Notes under the pieces: generated by a model
What the model was told of the DNA's origin: nothing
Seen by the model: the letters and a program-made list of their open reading frames with translations, nothing else
The model's database searches: none
Shown: positions 47,663 through 57,418 of the stretch, in pieces
Numbering within the stretch: the stretch's first letter is position 1
Layout: every line of letters begins with the position of its first letter
Assembly (NCBI GenBank): GCA_001782045.1
Contig: MFNK01000008.1
Coordinates: 2,597 to 66,596, forward strand
Direction: 5' to 3'
Length of the DNA: 64,000 nucleotides
DNA from: Candidatus Levybacteria bacterium RIFCSPHIGHO2_01_FULL_36_15b
GTDB lineage: Bacteria; Patescibacteriota; Microgenomatia; Levybacterales; UBA12049
Translations under genes and position numbers: made by a program

Positions 47663-48748
47663 ATGGAAGAAAGAGACTATTATTTAGGATTTAGTTTGGT
47701 TTCTGGTATTGGGCCAAAAACTCTTGGCTCGCTACTCAAGCACTTCAAAACTGCAAAAAAAGCTTGGAATGCTAGTTTAAAAGAGCTGCGAGATGCTGGC
47801 CTTGGAGAACTTACAACTCAAAAATTTCTGAAAAGTAAATCAGAGTTCAATTTTGCCGAATTTAAAAGAAAATTAAAACTTCAAAAAATTGATTATATTA
47901 CTATAGTAGATAAAGAGTATCCGCCACTTTTAAAGCAAATTCCAAACCCGCCAATTCTATTATTTATTAAGGGAAATAAGTTATTGCTTAGAAGTTCACA
48001 AATTTTGGCAATTGTTGGAACAAGAAAGATGACAAATTACGGGGCAGAAGTTACGGAAAAATTCGCATTTGAATTGGCAAGTGCTGGTTTTACAATTGTT
48101 TCGGGAATGGCATTGGGAGTTGATGGGCAAGCGCATTCAGCAACACTTGAAGCAAGAGGAAAAACAATTGCAGTTTTGGGAAACGGAGTTGACTTGCCGT
48201 TTCCCGCTAGCAACCAAAATTTATATCACAGAATTTTAGAAAAAAGGGGAGCGATAATTTCGGAGTTTCCCCCCGGTGAGCCTCCAAATAAAGGCACTTT
48301 TCCTAGTAGAAACAGAATTATTGCAGGAATATCGCAAGGAGTCTTGGTAACCGAAGGTGCGGAAGACAGCGGATCTTTAATTACTGCAAATTTAGGATTA
48401 GAGTATGGTCGAAAAGTATTTGCCGTACCGGGACCAATCACATCAAGTCTTTCAGCAGCGCCTCTTAAATTAATAGAAAAAGGAGCAAAATTGGTGGTTT
48501 CGCCCGATGATATTCTTAAAGAATTTAGAATTCAGAGTCCGGAATTAAGAATTAGTGAGCAAAAATTCAAAGGATTAACAAAGGAAGAACTTAAAATCGC
48601 TCAAATTTTAGAAAACGAGTCGCTTAGTTTTGACGAAATCGTGCGAAAACTCGGCTCAAAATCCTCACAAATTGCAACAACGCTTTCAATTATGGAAATT
48701 AAAGGAATTCTTAAAAACTCTGGTGGTAACTACTTGTTGTCCTCATGA
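47663..48748 (+). CDS. dprA: DNA-processing protein DprA
   Basis: AIVGTR, VSGMALGVD, FPSRNRIIAG, SGSLITA, VFAVPG. Confidence 0.96.
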   Translation: MEERDYYLGFSLVSGIGPKTLGSLLKHFKTAKKAWNASLKELRDAGLGELTTQKFLKSKSEFNFAEFKRKLKLQKIDYITIVDKEYPPLLKQIPNPPILLFIKGNKLLLRSSQILAIVGTRKMTNYGAEVTEKFAFELASAGFTIVSGMALGVDGQAHSATLEARGKTIAVLGNGVDLPFPASNQNLYHRILEKRGAIISEFPPGEPPNKGTFPSRNRIIAGISQGVLVTEGAEDSGSLITANLGLEYGRKVFAVPGPITSSLSAAPLKLIEKGAKLVVSPDDILKEFRIQSPELRISEQKFKGLTKEELKIAQILENESLSFDEIVRKLGSKSSQIATTLSIMEIKGILKNSGGNYLLSS

Positions 48749-49332
48749 GGAGAATAAATTACAAGTTGCCCTTTTAATACTTTATCTATGATGAATGGGA
48801 ATTTAAGGTCTCCCAAACTTTCTGTTTGGACCCCTATTTCTTTTGCCATTTGCTCCGCAAACTCAGCAAGAAACTCCCGTCTGTATGAAGGACGAAAAGC
48901 AGTTCTGTTAAGAATTTTTGCAATCAGAAGTTTCTCTAAAACAATATTGGGAATCGTTGGAGCTCGATTCGTAACATAGTTCGTAATTTGCGGGGCTGTA
49001 AGCACTTGTTTAAATTGGAGGGCGGCGAAAGAATAATTCCCAAACCGCACTTGAAAATCTACGACCTCTTCCATGTTTGGATATTCCTCATATTTAGCCT
49101 CAACAGTTCCATTTATTACTCCCAAAAGATAATCTGCAGCTGCTTTATATTGTGGATCTTCTTCGTATTCGGGCGCGACAAAACCTGATCCCGAATCAGA
49201 TGGAGGTTCACTGTACTCGCCGTATCCAACAGCGGTTCTTCCGGGAGGAATAATTCCTGCGCCGTCCGCGCCGGGTTGGGGCTCCGGAATTACATCTTCA
49301 TCTATAAAAACACCACCTTCACTTGTATTCAT
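48730..49332 (-). CDS. Hypothetical protein
   Basis: 200 aa, acidic/Pro-rich N-terminus, TATAAT 8 nt upstream. Confidence 0.65.
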   Translation of the reverse strand: MNTSEGGVFIDEDVIPEPQPGADGAGIIPPGRTAVGYGEYSEPPSDSGSGFVAPEYEEDPQYKAAADYLLGVINGTVEAKYEEYPNMEEVVDFQVRFGNYSFAALQFKQVLTAPQITNYVTNRAPTIPNIVLEKLLIAKILNRTAFRPSYRREFLAEFAEQMAKEIGVQTESLGDLKFPFIIDKVLKGQLVIYSPHEDNK

Positions 49333-49396
49333 GGCTCGGATTATACAACATTTTCATTAATTGACAAAAAATAAATAGATTGTTATATTTCGCTAG

Positions 49397-49759
49397 ATGG
49401 CAATAGCAGAAAGGGCCCCAGAATTAACCGCTGAAAAAAGAAAATCTGCTTTAATAAGCTTAGTGACCGAGAGACTAAAAGGCGATGATGGGGTTGTTCG
49501 GATTTTTGGAATCAATTTAATATATTGGCAACATGAAAAGTGTACTCTATTAGAACTTAAGCCGGGTCTATTAAAGGGAAAAAGTTGGGATAGAAGCCAA
49601 AACTTTTCGGAAATTGTTGAATTTGAGATTGGTTTAAATTCAAGGTTTAAAGATAATAAAAATAAAGTTAATTTAAAAGGTGAAGAAGCGCTTACTATGG
49701 CAGAACAGCACATCGAAGAATTTCTTCCACCGCAGCCCCAAATGCTGCAGGAGCCCTAA
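49397..49759 (+). CDS. Hypothetical protein
   Basis: 120 aa; TTGACA...TG-TATATT upstream. Confidence 0.6.
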   Translation: MAIAERAPELTAEKRKSALISLVTERLKGDDGVVRIFGINLIYWQHEKCTLLELKPGLLKGKSWDRSQNFSEIVEFEIGLNSRFKDNKNKVNLKGEEALTMAEQHIEEFLPPQPQMLQEP

Positions 49760-49920
49760 ACTACTAATTTCGTCTGGTACTTGACAAGGGTGGTATCATT
49801 TACACTAAACTGATTAAGTTAAAGTTATGAATCCCATTAATCTTACCGTTCGCCTTTTCAGTACTATTCGTACACGGCTCACGGAGCAATTTTAACGGGA
49901 CAGGGAATTTGTTTATCAAC

Positions 49921-51942
49921 ATGAAAAACTTAGTAATAGTAGAATCGCCGACTAAGGCCCGCACAATCGGGCGTTTTTTAGGGGAAGATTATAAAATTTT
50001 GGCTTCTATGGGTCACATTATGGATTTACCCAAAAGCAAATTATCGGTTGACGTGGAAAAGGATTTTGCGCCTGATTATCAGCAAATGCCGGATAAAAAA
50101 AAGACAATTGCAGAGCTTAAATCGGAAGGTAAGACGGCAGAAAATATATTCTTGGCAACTGACCCGGACCGCGAAGGCGAGGCAATAGCTGCTCATGTTG
50201 CGGAAGTTTTAAAAGAATTAGAAACTAAAGCTAAATTTTCAAGAGTTGTATTTCATGAAATTACAAAAGAAGCAATTGAAGATGCTTTTAATAATCCAAG
50301 GGAAATTGATGTCAATTTGGTTGATGCCCAAACCGCAAGAAGAGTTCTCGACCGTTTGGTCGGCTACAATCTTTCGCCTGTTTTATGGAGAAAAGTAAGA
50401 AGGGGATTGTCTGCAGGAAGAGTTCAATCTGTGGCTCTCCGCCTAATTGTAGAAAGAGAGCGTGAAATTGAAAAGTTTAAAAAAGAACCATACTGGACTA
50501 TCTCAACAGTTCTTAAGAATAAAGAAGAAACAGACTTTGATTTAATTGAAATAAACAAAGAAAAGATAGAAATCTCGCAAAAATTAAGTTTGTACGATGG
50601 GGAATACAAGTTCGTAAAAACCACGATTGAAACAGAAGGAAAATCAGCTAATCTTGAAAAAGATCTCGCAACTAAAGAATTCGTCGTTTCCGATGTGGCT
50701 AAAAAAGAAAGCAAACGTACGCCTCCTCCTCCGTACACAACTTCTACCTTGCAGCAGGATGGCGCAAGAAGGATGGGGTTATCGGGAAAGCGAACAATGC
50801 AGCTTGCCCAAAAACTTTACGAAGAGGGTTTTATTACTTATCACCGAACAGATTCTTTTGCGATTTCGGATTCGGCAAGAAAACAAATGTACGCATTCGT
50901 TAAAGCGACTTTTGGAGAAAAATATTTATCAGAAAAACCAAGGTTTTACAAAAATACTTCTAAAAACGCACAGGAAGCACACGAAGCAATAAGACCTACC
51001 AAGGCAAATGTTGACGGCTCTACAGTAGCAAAAGAGCTTGGACCGCAATACGGCAAGCTATACGAATTAATCTGGAGAAGAGCGCTTGCAACGGCAATGG
51101 CGGACGCTTTAATTGAATCAACAACAGTACTAGTAGACGCGGGAAATGGGGCATATACCCTAAAAACAAACGGAAGTGTGCTTTTATTTGAGGGATTTTT
51201 AAAAATTAATCCGCAAGCCTTGGAAGATAAAAGGCTTCCCGAATTTAAAGCGGGCGAAAAACTTCAATATGTAAGTACGCTATCCGAATCGCACGAAACG
51301 CTGCCGCCTCCAAGATACAATGATGCATCTATTATTAAAACCTTGGAGGAAAAGGGGATTGGAAGGCCATCAACTTATGCCACAATTATTTCTACTATCG
51401 AATCACGTGCTTATATAGAAAGAGAAGAAGGACGTTTTAAGCCAACTTCTGTAGGAATTGCGGTAAATGATTTTCTTGTCGCAAATTTTTCGGATGTTGA
51501 CGATATTCCTTTTACTGCGCAAATGGAAGATGAGTTAGACGAGATTGCAAATGGAGTTAAAAAGTGGGTGCCCGTAATAAGAGAGTTTTATACGCCTTTT
51601 GAAAAGGATTTAAAAAACGTAGAAGACGCAGCAAGAGTTAAAATTGCAGTTGAACAAACAGATACGGTTTGTCCTTTATGCGGAAAAGGAAATTTGGTAA
51701 TAAGACATGGAAGATTTGGAAAATTTTTGTCCTGTTCAACATTTCCGGACTGCAAATATACAGCGCCTTTGGTAAATAAAACAGATTTAATATGTCCTAA
51801 AGATGGAGGACAAATTGTAATCAAAAAGACCAAGAGAGGCCGAAAGTTCTATGGTTGCAGTAACTACCCAAAATGCGACTTCGCCGCTTGGAAGTTAGAG
51901 GATATTAAGAAGTCAGAGTCTGTTGGGCCTTCGAAATCCTGA
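49921..51942 (+). CDS. topA: DNA topoisomerase I
   Basis: LVIVESPTKA, ATDPDREGE, SAGRVQS, ITYHRTD, C-terminal Zn ribbons. Confidence 0.97.
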   Translation: MKNLVIVESPTKARTIGRFLGEDYKILASMGHIMDLPKSKLSVDVEKDFAPDYQQMPDKKKTIAELKSEGKTAENIFLATDPDREGEAIAAHVAEVLKELETKAKFSRVVFHEITKEAIEDAFNNPREIDVNLVDAQTARRVLDRLVGYNLSPVLWRKVRRGLSAGRVQSVALRLIVEREREIEKFKKEPYWTISTVLKNKEETDFDLIEINKEKIEISQKLSLYDGEYKFVKTTIETEGKSANLEKDLATKEFVVSDVAKKESKRTPPPPYTTSTLQQDGARRMGLSGKRTMQLAQKLYEEGFITYHRTDSFAISDSARKQMYAFVKATFGEKYLSEKPRFYKNTSKNAQEAHEAIRPTKANVDGSTVAKELGPQYGKLYELIWRRALATAMADALIESTTVLVDAGNGAYTLKTNGSVLLFEGFLKINPQALEDKRLPEFKAGEKLQYVSTLSESHETLPPPRYNDASIIKTLEEKGIGRPSTYATIISTIESRAYIEREEGRFKPTSVGIAVNDFLVANFSDVDDIPFTAQMEDELDEIANGVKKWVPVIREFYTPFEKDLKNVEDAARVKIAVEQTDTVCPLCGKGNLVIRHGRFGKFLSCSTFPDCKYTAPLVNKTDLICPKDGGQIVIKKTKRGRKFYGCSNYPKCDFAAWKLEDIKKSESVGPSKS

Positions 51943-51969
51943 GTTAGTCGAAAGAGAAAATAAAGAATA

Positions 51970-52683
51970 TTAAAGAGTTTTGATTGATTTAATTATTTCT
52001 TCAAATTCGGAGACAATTTTTGGATCAGGGACTGCTACTCCTGTTGTAAGATTCATGTGTCCCACAGTTGTCGGCTGACCGAAAGAGCCATCACTTGTAT
52101 TCTTTTGGCAATAAGAATAAGCCATTTTGCCGTTTGAAGGAGATTCTGTTTGTCTTAATGTCGCAAAGCCAGTTATTAAATCCTTATACTTGTTAGTTCT
52201 ATAATCGCTAGCTGGGCTTTCCGGCATATCGCCTTCGTAAATGCACTGTGCGCCACCTGTTGCAGCTTGGAAAATTTTAAGAGCATATCCTTGCTTTGTA
52301 AGAGTAACAGTGGAAACAGGAACTGAATTATCTCTTTCCTCTTTCAGCGTCCAGTCAGCAGGATATATAAGGCTATATCCTGAAAAGCCAAGCTCTGAAA
52401 ACTTAGCCGAAGTAAACGATTTAGTTTGTACTGCTTTTGTTGGTTCTTGCGTTGGTGAATCAAAAGATTCTTCTAAAGCTTGCGATACAGTGGGAGTAGG
52501 TGTGTCGCTGGGCTGTGTATTTGTAGTTTTTTGAGTTCCAAAATAATAAGCCCCACCAACAAGAACCAAAATTAACGCAATAAGAATGCCAAGTTTTATC
52601 CACTTAGAGTTTATAAAAACTCCTTTCTGAGTAGGTTTTTCAACTTCTATATTTTGATTTTGGCCTTGAATTTCTTGTTCCAT
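51970..52683 (-). CDS. Single-pass membrane protein with Pro/Thr linker and extracellular domain
   Basis: TM, PTPT linker, YPADW, two Cys. Confidence 0.75.
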   Translation of the reverse strand: MEQEIQGQNQNIEVEKPTQKGVFINSKWIKLGILIALILVLVGGAYYFGTQKTTNTQPSDTPTPTVSQALEESFDSPTQEPTKAVQTKSFTSAKFSELGFSGYSLIYPADWTLKEERDNSVPVSTVTLTKQGYALKIFQAATGGAQCIYEGDMPESPASDYRTNKYKDLITGFATLRQTESPSNGKMAYSYCQKNTSDGSFGQPTTVGHMNLTTGVAVPDPKIVSEFEEIIKSIKTL

Positions 52684-53054
52684 TATGGCGTCGGCGATGC
52701 ACTAACTGTTGCTGTTACGCTAGGTGTAGGGGAGGCCTCGATTGTTGGCGTTGGGGTGTCAGTTGCGGCTAAAGTGGGTAATGGCGCTTCGGTTGCGATT
52801 GGCATTGGAGTTGGAATAGCCTGACTCTCTTGATTGCTGTTTCCTTTAAGAACAAAGAAATATAGAAGAGCTAATACTATTGGAATTAAAAATAGCAATA
52901 CTATTCCTACAATTGTCCATTTACTGCTAAAGATTGAAGGTTTATTGGGTGGGGTAAACCCAGGAGTTTGGGGCGCAACAACAGTTTCAACAGGCGGAGG
53001 AGTAGGCGCGTTAGGTTGAATTGCTTGAGGAGATTGATCGGCGTTTGGATTCAT
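52683..53054 (-). CDS. Pro/Thr-rich single-pass membrane protein
   Basis: Central TM flanked by PT-rich tails. Confidence 0.7.
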   Translation of the reverse strand: MNPNADQSPQAIQPNAPTPPPVETVVAPQTPGFTPPNKPSIFSSKWTIVGIVLLFLIPIVLALLYFFVLKGNSNQESQAIPTPMPIATEAPLPTLAATDTPTPTIEASPTPSVTATVSASPTP

Positions 53055-53096
53055 ACAAAAAGTATTACACAAAATCCAGTTACTAGCAACTATTAA

Positions 53097-53540
53097 TTAG
53101 AAAATTATAGCTAGAATTACAATGGCAGTCACAATAATAGCTTGATTCATAAATCCCCATGGTAGTTCAATCTCGTGTTCAAAAGATTTCTGAAGATTAT
53201 AAAAAGGCTTGAAGAGTTGTATCTTAAAAAAATAGTATGGTGCTGTAAGCCAGTCAAAAGACTGGGCAGCAAAAATCATAACTACCGCGTAAAAATAATT
53301 CGTGTCCGGAAATAGAAAATAAATTAAAAGAAAAGAGATTAAAAAACCTGCAGATATATCAATTAAAGTATGAAATATCAGTTTATTCCAGGATTTTTCT
53401 TTTCTATTTGTGGCAGTGTCCCAATGAGGTATAGAATCAGCAACTACGTGAGATGCTACTGCTAGAGGAATTGCTAAAGCTGGATTACCTATTTTTGCTG
53501 CTATTACTGTTCCGATTATTGCATGTCCGGTAGCTGTCAT
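53097..53540 (-). CDS. Membrane protein (metal-dependent hydrolase-like)
   Basis: MTATGH, SHVVADSIPHWD, multiple TMs. Confidence 0.7.
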   Translation of the reverse strand: MTATGHAIIGTVIAAKIGNPALAIPLAVASHVVADSIPHWDTATNRKEKSWNKLIFHTLIDISAGFLISFLLIYFLFPDTNYFYAVVMIFAAQSFDWLTAPYYFFKIQLFKPFYNLQKSFEHEIELPWGFMNQAIIVTAIVILAIIF

Positions 53541-53626
53541 GATGCATCTTTTATTATACTCTTATAAAAATTAAGAGTTCAACAAGAATACTTGACAATA
53601 AGCATTATTTAGCTAACAATTAATAT

Positions 53627-54529
53627 GTGAAAAGAAATTTATATACTTTCACATTCCTTCTACTCTTTATACTTTTTTCTCCAAAAGCAGTATTTGCATC
53701 TGATTTTCCGCCTGTTACATCAGGCGCGGGTTTATTTTTGCCGGATAGTCCTTTTTATTCTTTAGACAAACTTTATCAAAAGGTAAAACTTGGTTTTGCC
53801 TTTACTCCCGAGAAAAGAGCAGAGGTTAGAAATCAAATTTTAGGAGAGCGAATGGCAGAATTAAGAGTTATGTATGCAAAAGCAGATAGAAGAGGAATTA
53901 ACTTATCTCTAATTGAGTTAACTGAAGAAGCAAGAAAAGCAGAGGCAGATATTAAAGAAGCACAAGCCTTGGGAATTGATGTATCGGTGCTTGCAAAAAA
54001 TGTTAATGACAATCTAAGGGATTATAGAATGATTTTATCTAAAGTATCAGAAGGCGCAACAAGCGACGTTTCTTTGAGCCTTGAAAGCGCAAGCGAATCG
54101 CTTCTTGCTTCCAAAATTATAGTCGAGGACTTTTTAAATACTCAAGATTATGAAGAGGCAGTAAATAATGATTTGGAAGACGAGCTTAACACGAACGTTT
54201 TAGGTGTATCAACCAGAGCAGATAAGATAGAAGCGAAGCTTAATAAATTGCAAAAAAAAGCAAGCGAAACAGCAGAACTTGAAAAGAAAAAAATCGCACA
54301 GGAAGAAACAAAGCTCAAAAAGATTGAAGCTGCAAAAAAGAAACTAAGAATGGAACTTTTAGAAAGAAGAAAGAAACTTTTGGAAGAAAGAAAGGCAAAA
54401 TTGGAAGCAGCAAGAGAAGCGGCCAAAAAAGCTAAAGAAGCAGCTTTAAAGTTTAAAGAAACAAGAAGAGCAGAAAACGAGTTAAGACAAAATACTCAAG
54501 AAATAGAGCAAACAGAAGTAGCAAATTAA
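53627..54529 (+). CDS. Secreted coiled-coil protein (DUF5667-like)
   Basis: Signal peptide, LPDSPFYSL...ERMAE, charged coiled-coil tail. Confidence 0.7.
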   Translation: MKRNLYTFTFLLLFILFSPKAVFASDFPPVTSGAGLFLPDSPFYSLDKLYQKVKLGFAFTPEKRAEVRNQILGERMAELRVMYAKADRRGINLSLIELTEEARKAEADIKEAQALGIDVSVLAKNVNDNLRDYRMILSKVSEGATSDVSLSLESASESLLASKIIVEDFLNTQDYEEAVNNDLEDELNTNVLGVSTRADKIEAKLNKLQKKASETAELEKKKIAQEETKLKKIEAAKKKLRMELLERRKKLLEERKAKLEAAREAAKKAKEAALKFKETRRAENELRQNTQEIEQTEVAN

Positions 54530-54531
54530 TA

Positions 54532-56100
54532 CTATTCCAACTCTTCTCTTTTAGTGGCTACATAAACGAACCATTGCTCGAAAAATCCGATTAAGCCCTT
54601 AAAAGGAGCCTCTATTATAAAATCAATTGTTATAAGAAGAAAATTTATTTGGGTTATTCCTTCGGTTAGGCTTCTTCCGACTCTTATTATTGGAACAAAG
54701 AAAAAATCAAAAATTGGAGTAAATATGTTTTGTTTTCGTGCAACAGTATAGCTGTTTGCAGTTTGGTTAATTCTATAAGAAAGAAACGAAATTATTGCTA
54801 TAAAAAATATAAATATACCCTTGCTTAGAATATTAAAATGAAGTTCTCCTAATAAAAACCAAATTATTCCAAAAGTTAAGACAATGGTTAAAAGCCAAAA
54901 AATGCTAAACATATAATCTTTTAATGTTGCCGCCTCTTTAGTTTTTTTAAGAACCAACGTTTTAGTAATAACAGGAGTTTCCATAAATAATATCTTTTGA
55001 ATACCTGCATAAATAAATTCCGTATTTTTTACTCCTGGTGTTCTAATTGCAAGTCCTGCCACAGCCATAATTATTGGCGGAAGAACGGTGTTTAGGGTAA
55101 TTGAGCTCCACTGAATTCTTCCTAAAAAAATACTTTCAAATGTGCCCTCTATTGCCAAAGCGGTAATTGCTTTGGTAAATAGAATAAAAATGAAGCTTCG
55201 AATTATTGCGGTTCGTACCTTTCGCTTTATTGTCTGATATTTTCGCTCACAAACCCCAAATACTTTCATTCTGAATTTTTCTTTATCAAGGACTAGAAGT
55301 TTTATGTTTTCTCTTTCTTCAAGTAATATTTCGTAAAGAATTAAAAAAGGAGGTGTTATTTTTTTAATGTGGCTTACAATCCTTTCTTTTTTAGGGAATT
55401 GAAGCTGGTATTTGATTTCGCTATAACCTTTTTCAAAATTTTGTTCAATTTGGTTAAAGCTAGAACTGTTTAACCTTCCAAAAATTTGTACGAAGAGCTT
55501 ATATCTTAAAAATGCCAAATCGTCTTTGGAAAAACTTTTCCTAATTGCCAAAAAAACCTGAATATCTTTTGTTTCCTCGGTTTCATCTTCCATAATTACG
55601 CTTTCCCGCAGGATTTTAAACATAAAATTGGCAACAGCATCTTTTTCACGGTTTGGGATAAGAATATATAAAATTTCACAAGACAGAATCTGCATAATAA
55701 AGGTGTTTAAGTCGTCATTTGAAATTATTTTTTGTGCCGAAACAGAGTTTTTTAGTTTAAAATGAAGTTCAATTGCACCGGCTAAGTGTTCTGTTAAGCT
55801 TTGCGGAATGGTTGCATTGGGGAAATATCCTGCCCAAATTAGTTCTCTAATTAGGCTTTGTGCCAAATGTTTGGGATCTTGCTCGAGAATCAACATTCTT
55901 TTTAACATTCTTTCAATCGCGCGTCTTGGAATTGTTTCCTCCGAACCGTAGTCCATTGATGTTCTGAATTTTTCGTAAAACGAGGCAACTTTTGAAATTA
56001 ATGCATTTACAGTAACAGTATCGTTTTTTTCTTCATACTGTTTTTTTTCAAAAACACTAATAAGTTTTTCCGCAAGACTTGAAAATGAATTAGGTTCCAT
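54532..56100 (-). CDS. Conserved hypothetical membrane protein
   Basis: 522 aa; YEKFR..DY..E...RRAIER, four C-terminal TMs. Confidence 0.75.
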   Translation of the reverse strand: MEPNSFSSLAEKLISVFEKKQYEEKNDTVTVNALISKVASFYEKFRTSMDYGSEETIPRRAIERMLKRMLILEQDPKHLAQSLIRELIWAGYFPNATIPQSLTEHLAGAIELHFKLKNSVSAQKIISNDDLNTFIMQILSCEILYILIPNREKDAVANFMFKILRESVIMEDETEETKDIQVFLAIRKSFSKDDLAFLRYKLFVQIFGRLNSSSFNQIEQNFEKGYSEIKYQLQFPKKERIVSHIKKITPPFLILYEILLEERENIKLLVLDKEKFRMKVFGVCERKYQTIKRKVRTAIIRSFIFILFTKAITALAIEGTFESIFLGRIQWSSITLNTVLPPIIMAVAGLAIRTPGVKNTEFIYAGIQKILFMETPVITKTLVLKKTKEAATLKDYMFSIFWLLTIVLTFGIIWFLLGELHFNILSKGIFIFFIAIISFLSYRINQTANSYTVARKQNIFTPIFDFFFVPIIRVGRSLTEGITQINFLLITIDFIIEAPFKGLIGFFEQWFVYVATKREELE

Positions 56101-56149
56101 TGGTAAGGCGCATTATATCAAATCTCAATTAGATTGATATAATAGTGTA

Positions 56150-56677
56150 ATGAAACTTGGGGCAAAAGAGCTGCGGACAACTCGCTCAACAATTTTACAA
56201 AAAAGAAAGTTGAAGAAAAATCCCATATATATAATAGTTGACAATGTTTTGGATACCTACAACGTAGGTGCAATATTTAGGTTGGCGGATGCAGTGGCTG
56301 CGGAAAGAGTAATTTTATGCGGGCAGGCAGAAACGCCCCCTCACACAAGAATTAAGAAAGCGAGTATTAATACTACGGAATGGGTTGCCTGGGAATATGC
56401 TGAAACAGCTATTTCCGCAATCTCAAATCTCAAATCTGAAATCTCAAATCTCAAAGTTGTGGCCATAGAACAGAGTTCAAAATCAGTTCCTTTTGATACA
56501 TTCGACTATCAATTTCCCCTTGCTTTGGTTGTTGGGCATGAAAGCGATGGGGTTTCGAAAGAGGTTTTAAAAATGTCAGATGCAGTTGTGGAACTTCCTA
56601 TGTTTGGGGTTAATAAATCACTCAACGTAATGGTAAGTCTGGGTATAGTGCTATATATGGCAATAAAAAAACTTTAA
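56150..56677 (+). CDS. TrmH/SpoU-family RNA methyltransferase
   Basis: NVGAIFR, LVVGHE..GV, LPMFGVNKSLNV. Confidence 0.92.
   Translation: MKLGAKELRTTRSTILQKRKLKKNPIYIIVDNVLDTYNVGAIFRLADAVAAERVILCGQAETPPHTRIKKASINTTEWVAWEYAETAISAISNLKSEISNLKVVAIEQSSKSVPFDTFDYQFPLALVVGHESDGVSKEVLKMSDAVVELPMFGVNKSLNVMVSLGIVLYMAIKKL
56419..56455 (+). repeat. In-frame heptamer tandem repeat (AATCTCA)x5
   Basis: aatctca aatctca aatctga aatctca aatctca, encoding ISNLKSEISNLK. Confidence 0.8.
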
Positions 56678-56679
56678 TA

Positions 56680-57378
56680 ATGGAAAATACTGTTGAAAAT
56701 CAAAAAACACAGTTCTGGGCAAAAAGAGCAGCAAGCGCAATTTCTGTAATGAGAGATCAAAAAATTGCTGGTCTTTTTCCAAAAAACGAAGGGTGGAGAA
56801 ATGTTGTTGAACATGAATTGGTTGAATCAGAGGCAGTAGACGTGCTTGGAGAAATGCTCGGTCTTTCCGTTGCAGATAGAAGTGATTTGAGAATTGCGGC
56901 TCTCGCGCACGATATATTCAAGAGAAAAGAAATCGAAGGCGCACGTGAAAAAGGATCCGAAGAGTTTGATAATTCGGTAAGCGAACAATCGGAATTTTTA
57001 AGGTTAAAGGGATACCCAGAGGAAATAATTATACTAACTCAAGCAGTAGGACACATGGCTTTTAATAGATTTATTAATGATTATCATTCTTTATCTTTGT
57101 CTGAAAAAATTATGCATTATATTGACGATATTACATTAAGATCAGATTTGGTAACACTGGAAAAAAGAATAAACTATCTAATTGATAATCCTGCATACAA
57201 CGATCTGAATGAAAGAGGAAGAAAGATTTATGATGGCAAGACCTTGTTCGAAGTTCAGGCAGAAATTAGCGAAAAGATTCAGATCGAATTTGCGCAAGCA
57301 TTAGATATAGATGATCCAGCTGCGCTACCTCTGGTTATCAGAGAAAAAATTGAACAAAGAATTAAAAACAGTAGTTGA
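56680..57378 (+). CDS. HD-domain protein
   Basis: VVEH...AALAHDIFK...GH...MHYIDD. Confidence 0.75.
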   Translation: MENTVENQKTQFWAKRAASAISVMRDQKIAGLFPKNEGWRNVVEHELVESEAVDVLGEMLGLSVADRSDLRIAALAHDIFKRKEIEGAREKGSEEFDNSVSEQSEFLRLKGYPEEIIILTQAVGHMAFNRFINDYHSLSLSEKIMHYIDDITLRSDLVTLEKRINYLIDNPAYNDLNERGRKIYDGKTLFEVQAEISEKIQIEFAQALDIDDPAALPLVIREKIEQRIKNSS

Positions 57379-57418
57379 TCTATTGCTCTAGGCATTGTTG
57401 TTGGTTATAATCCCACAA

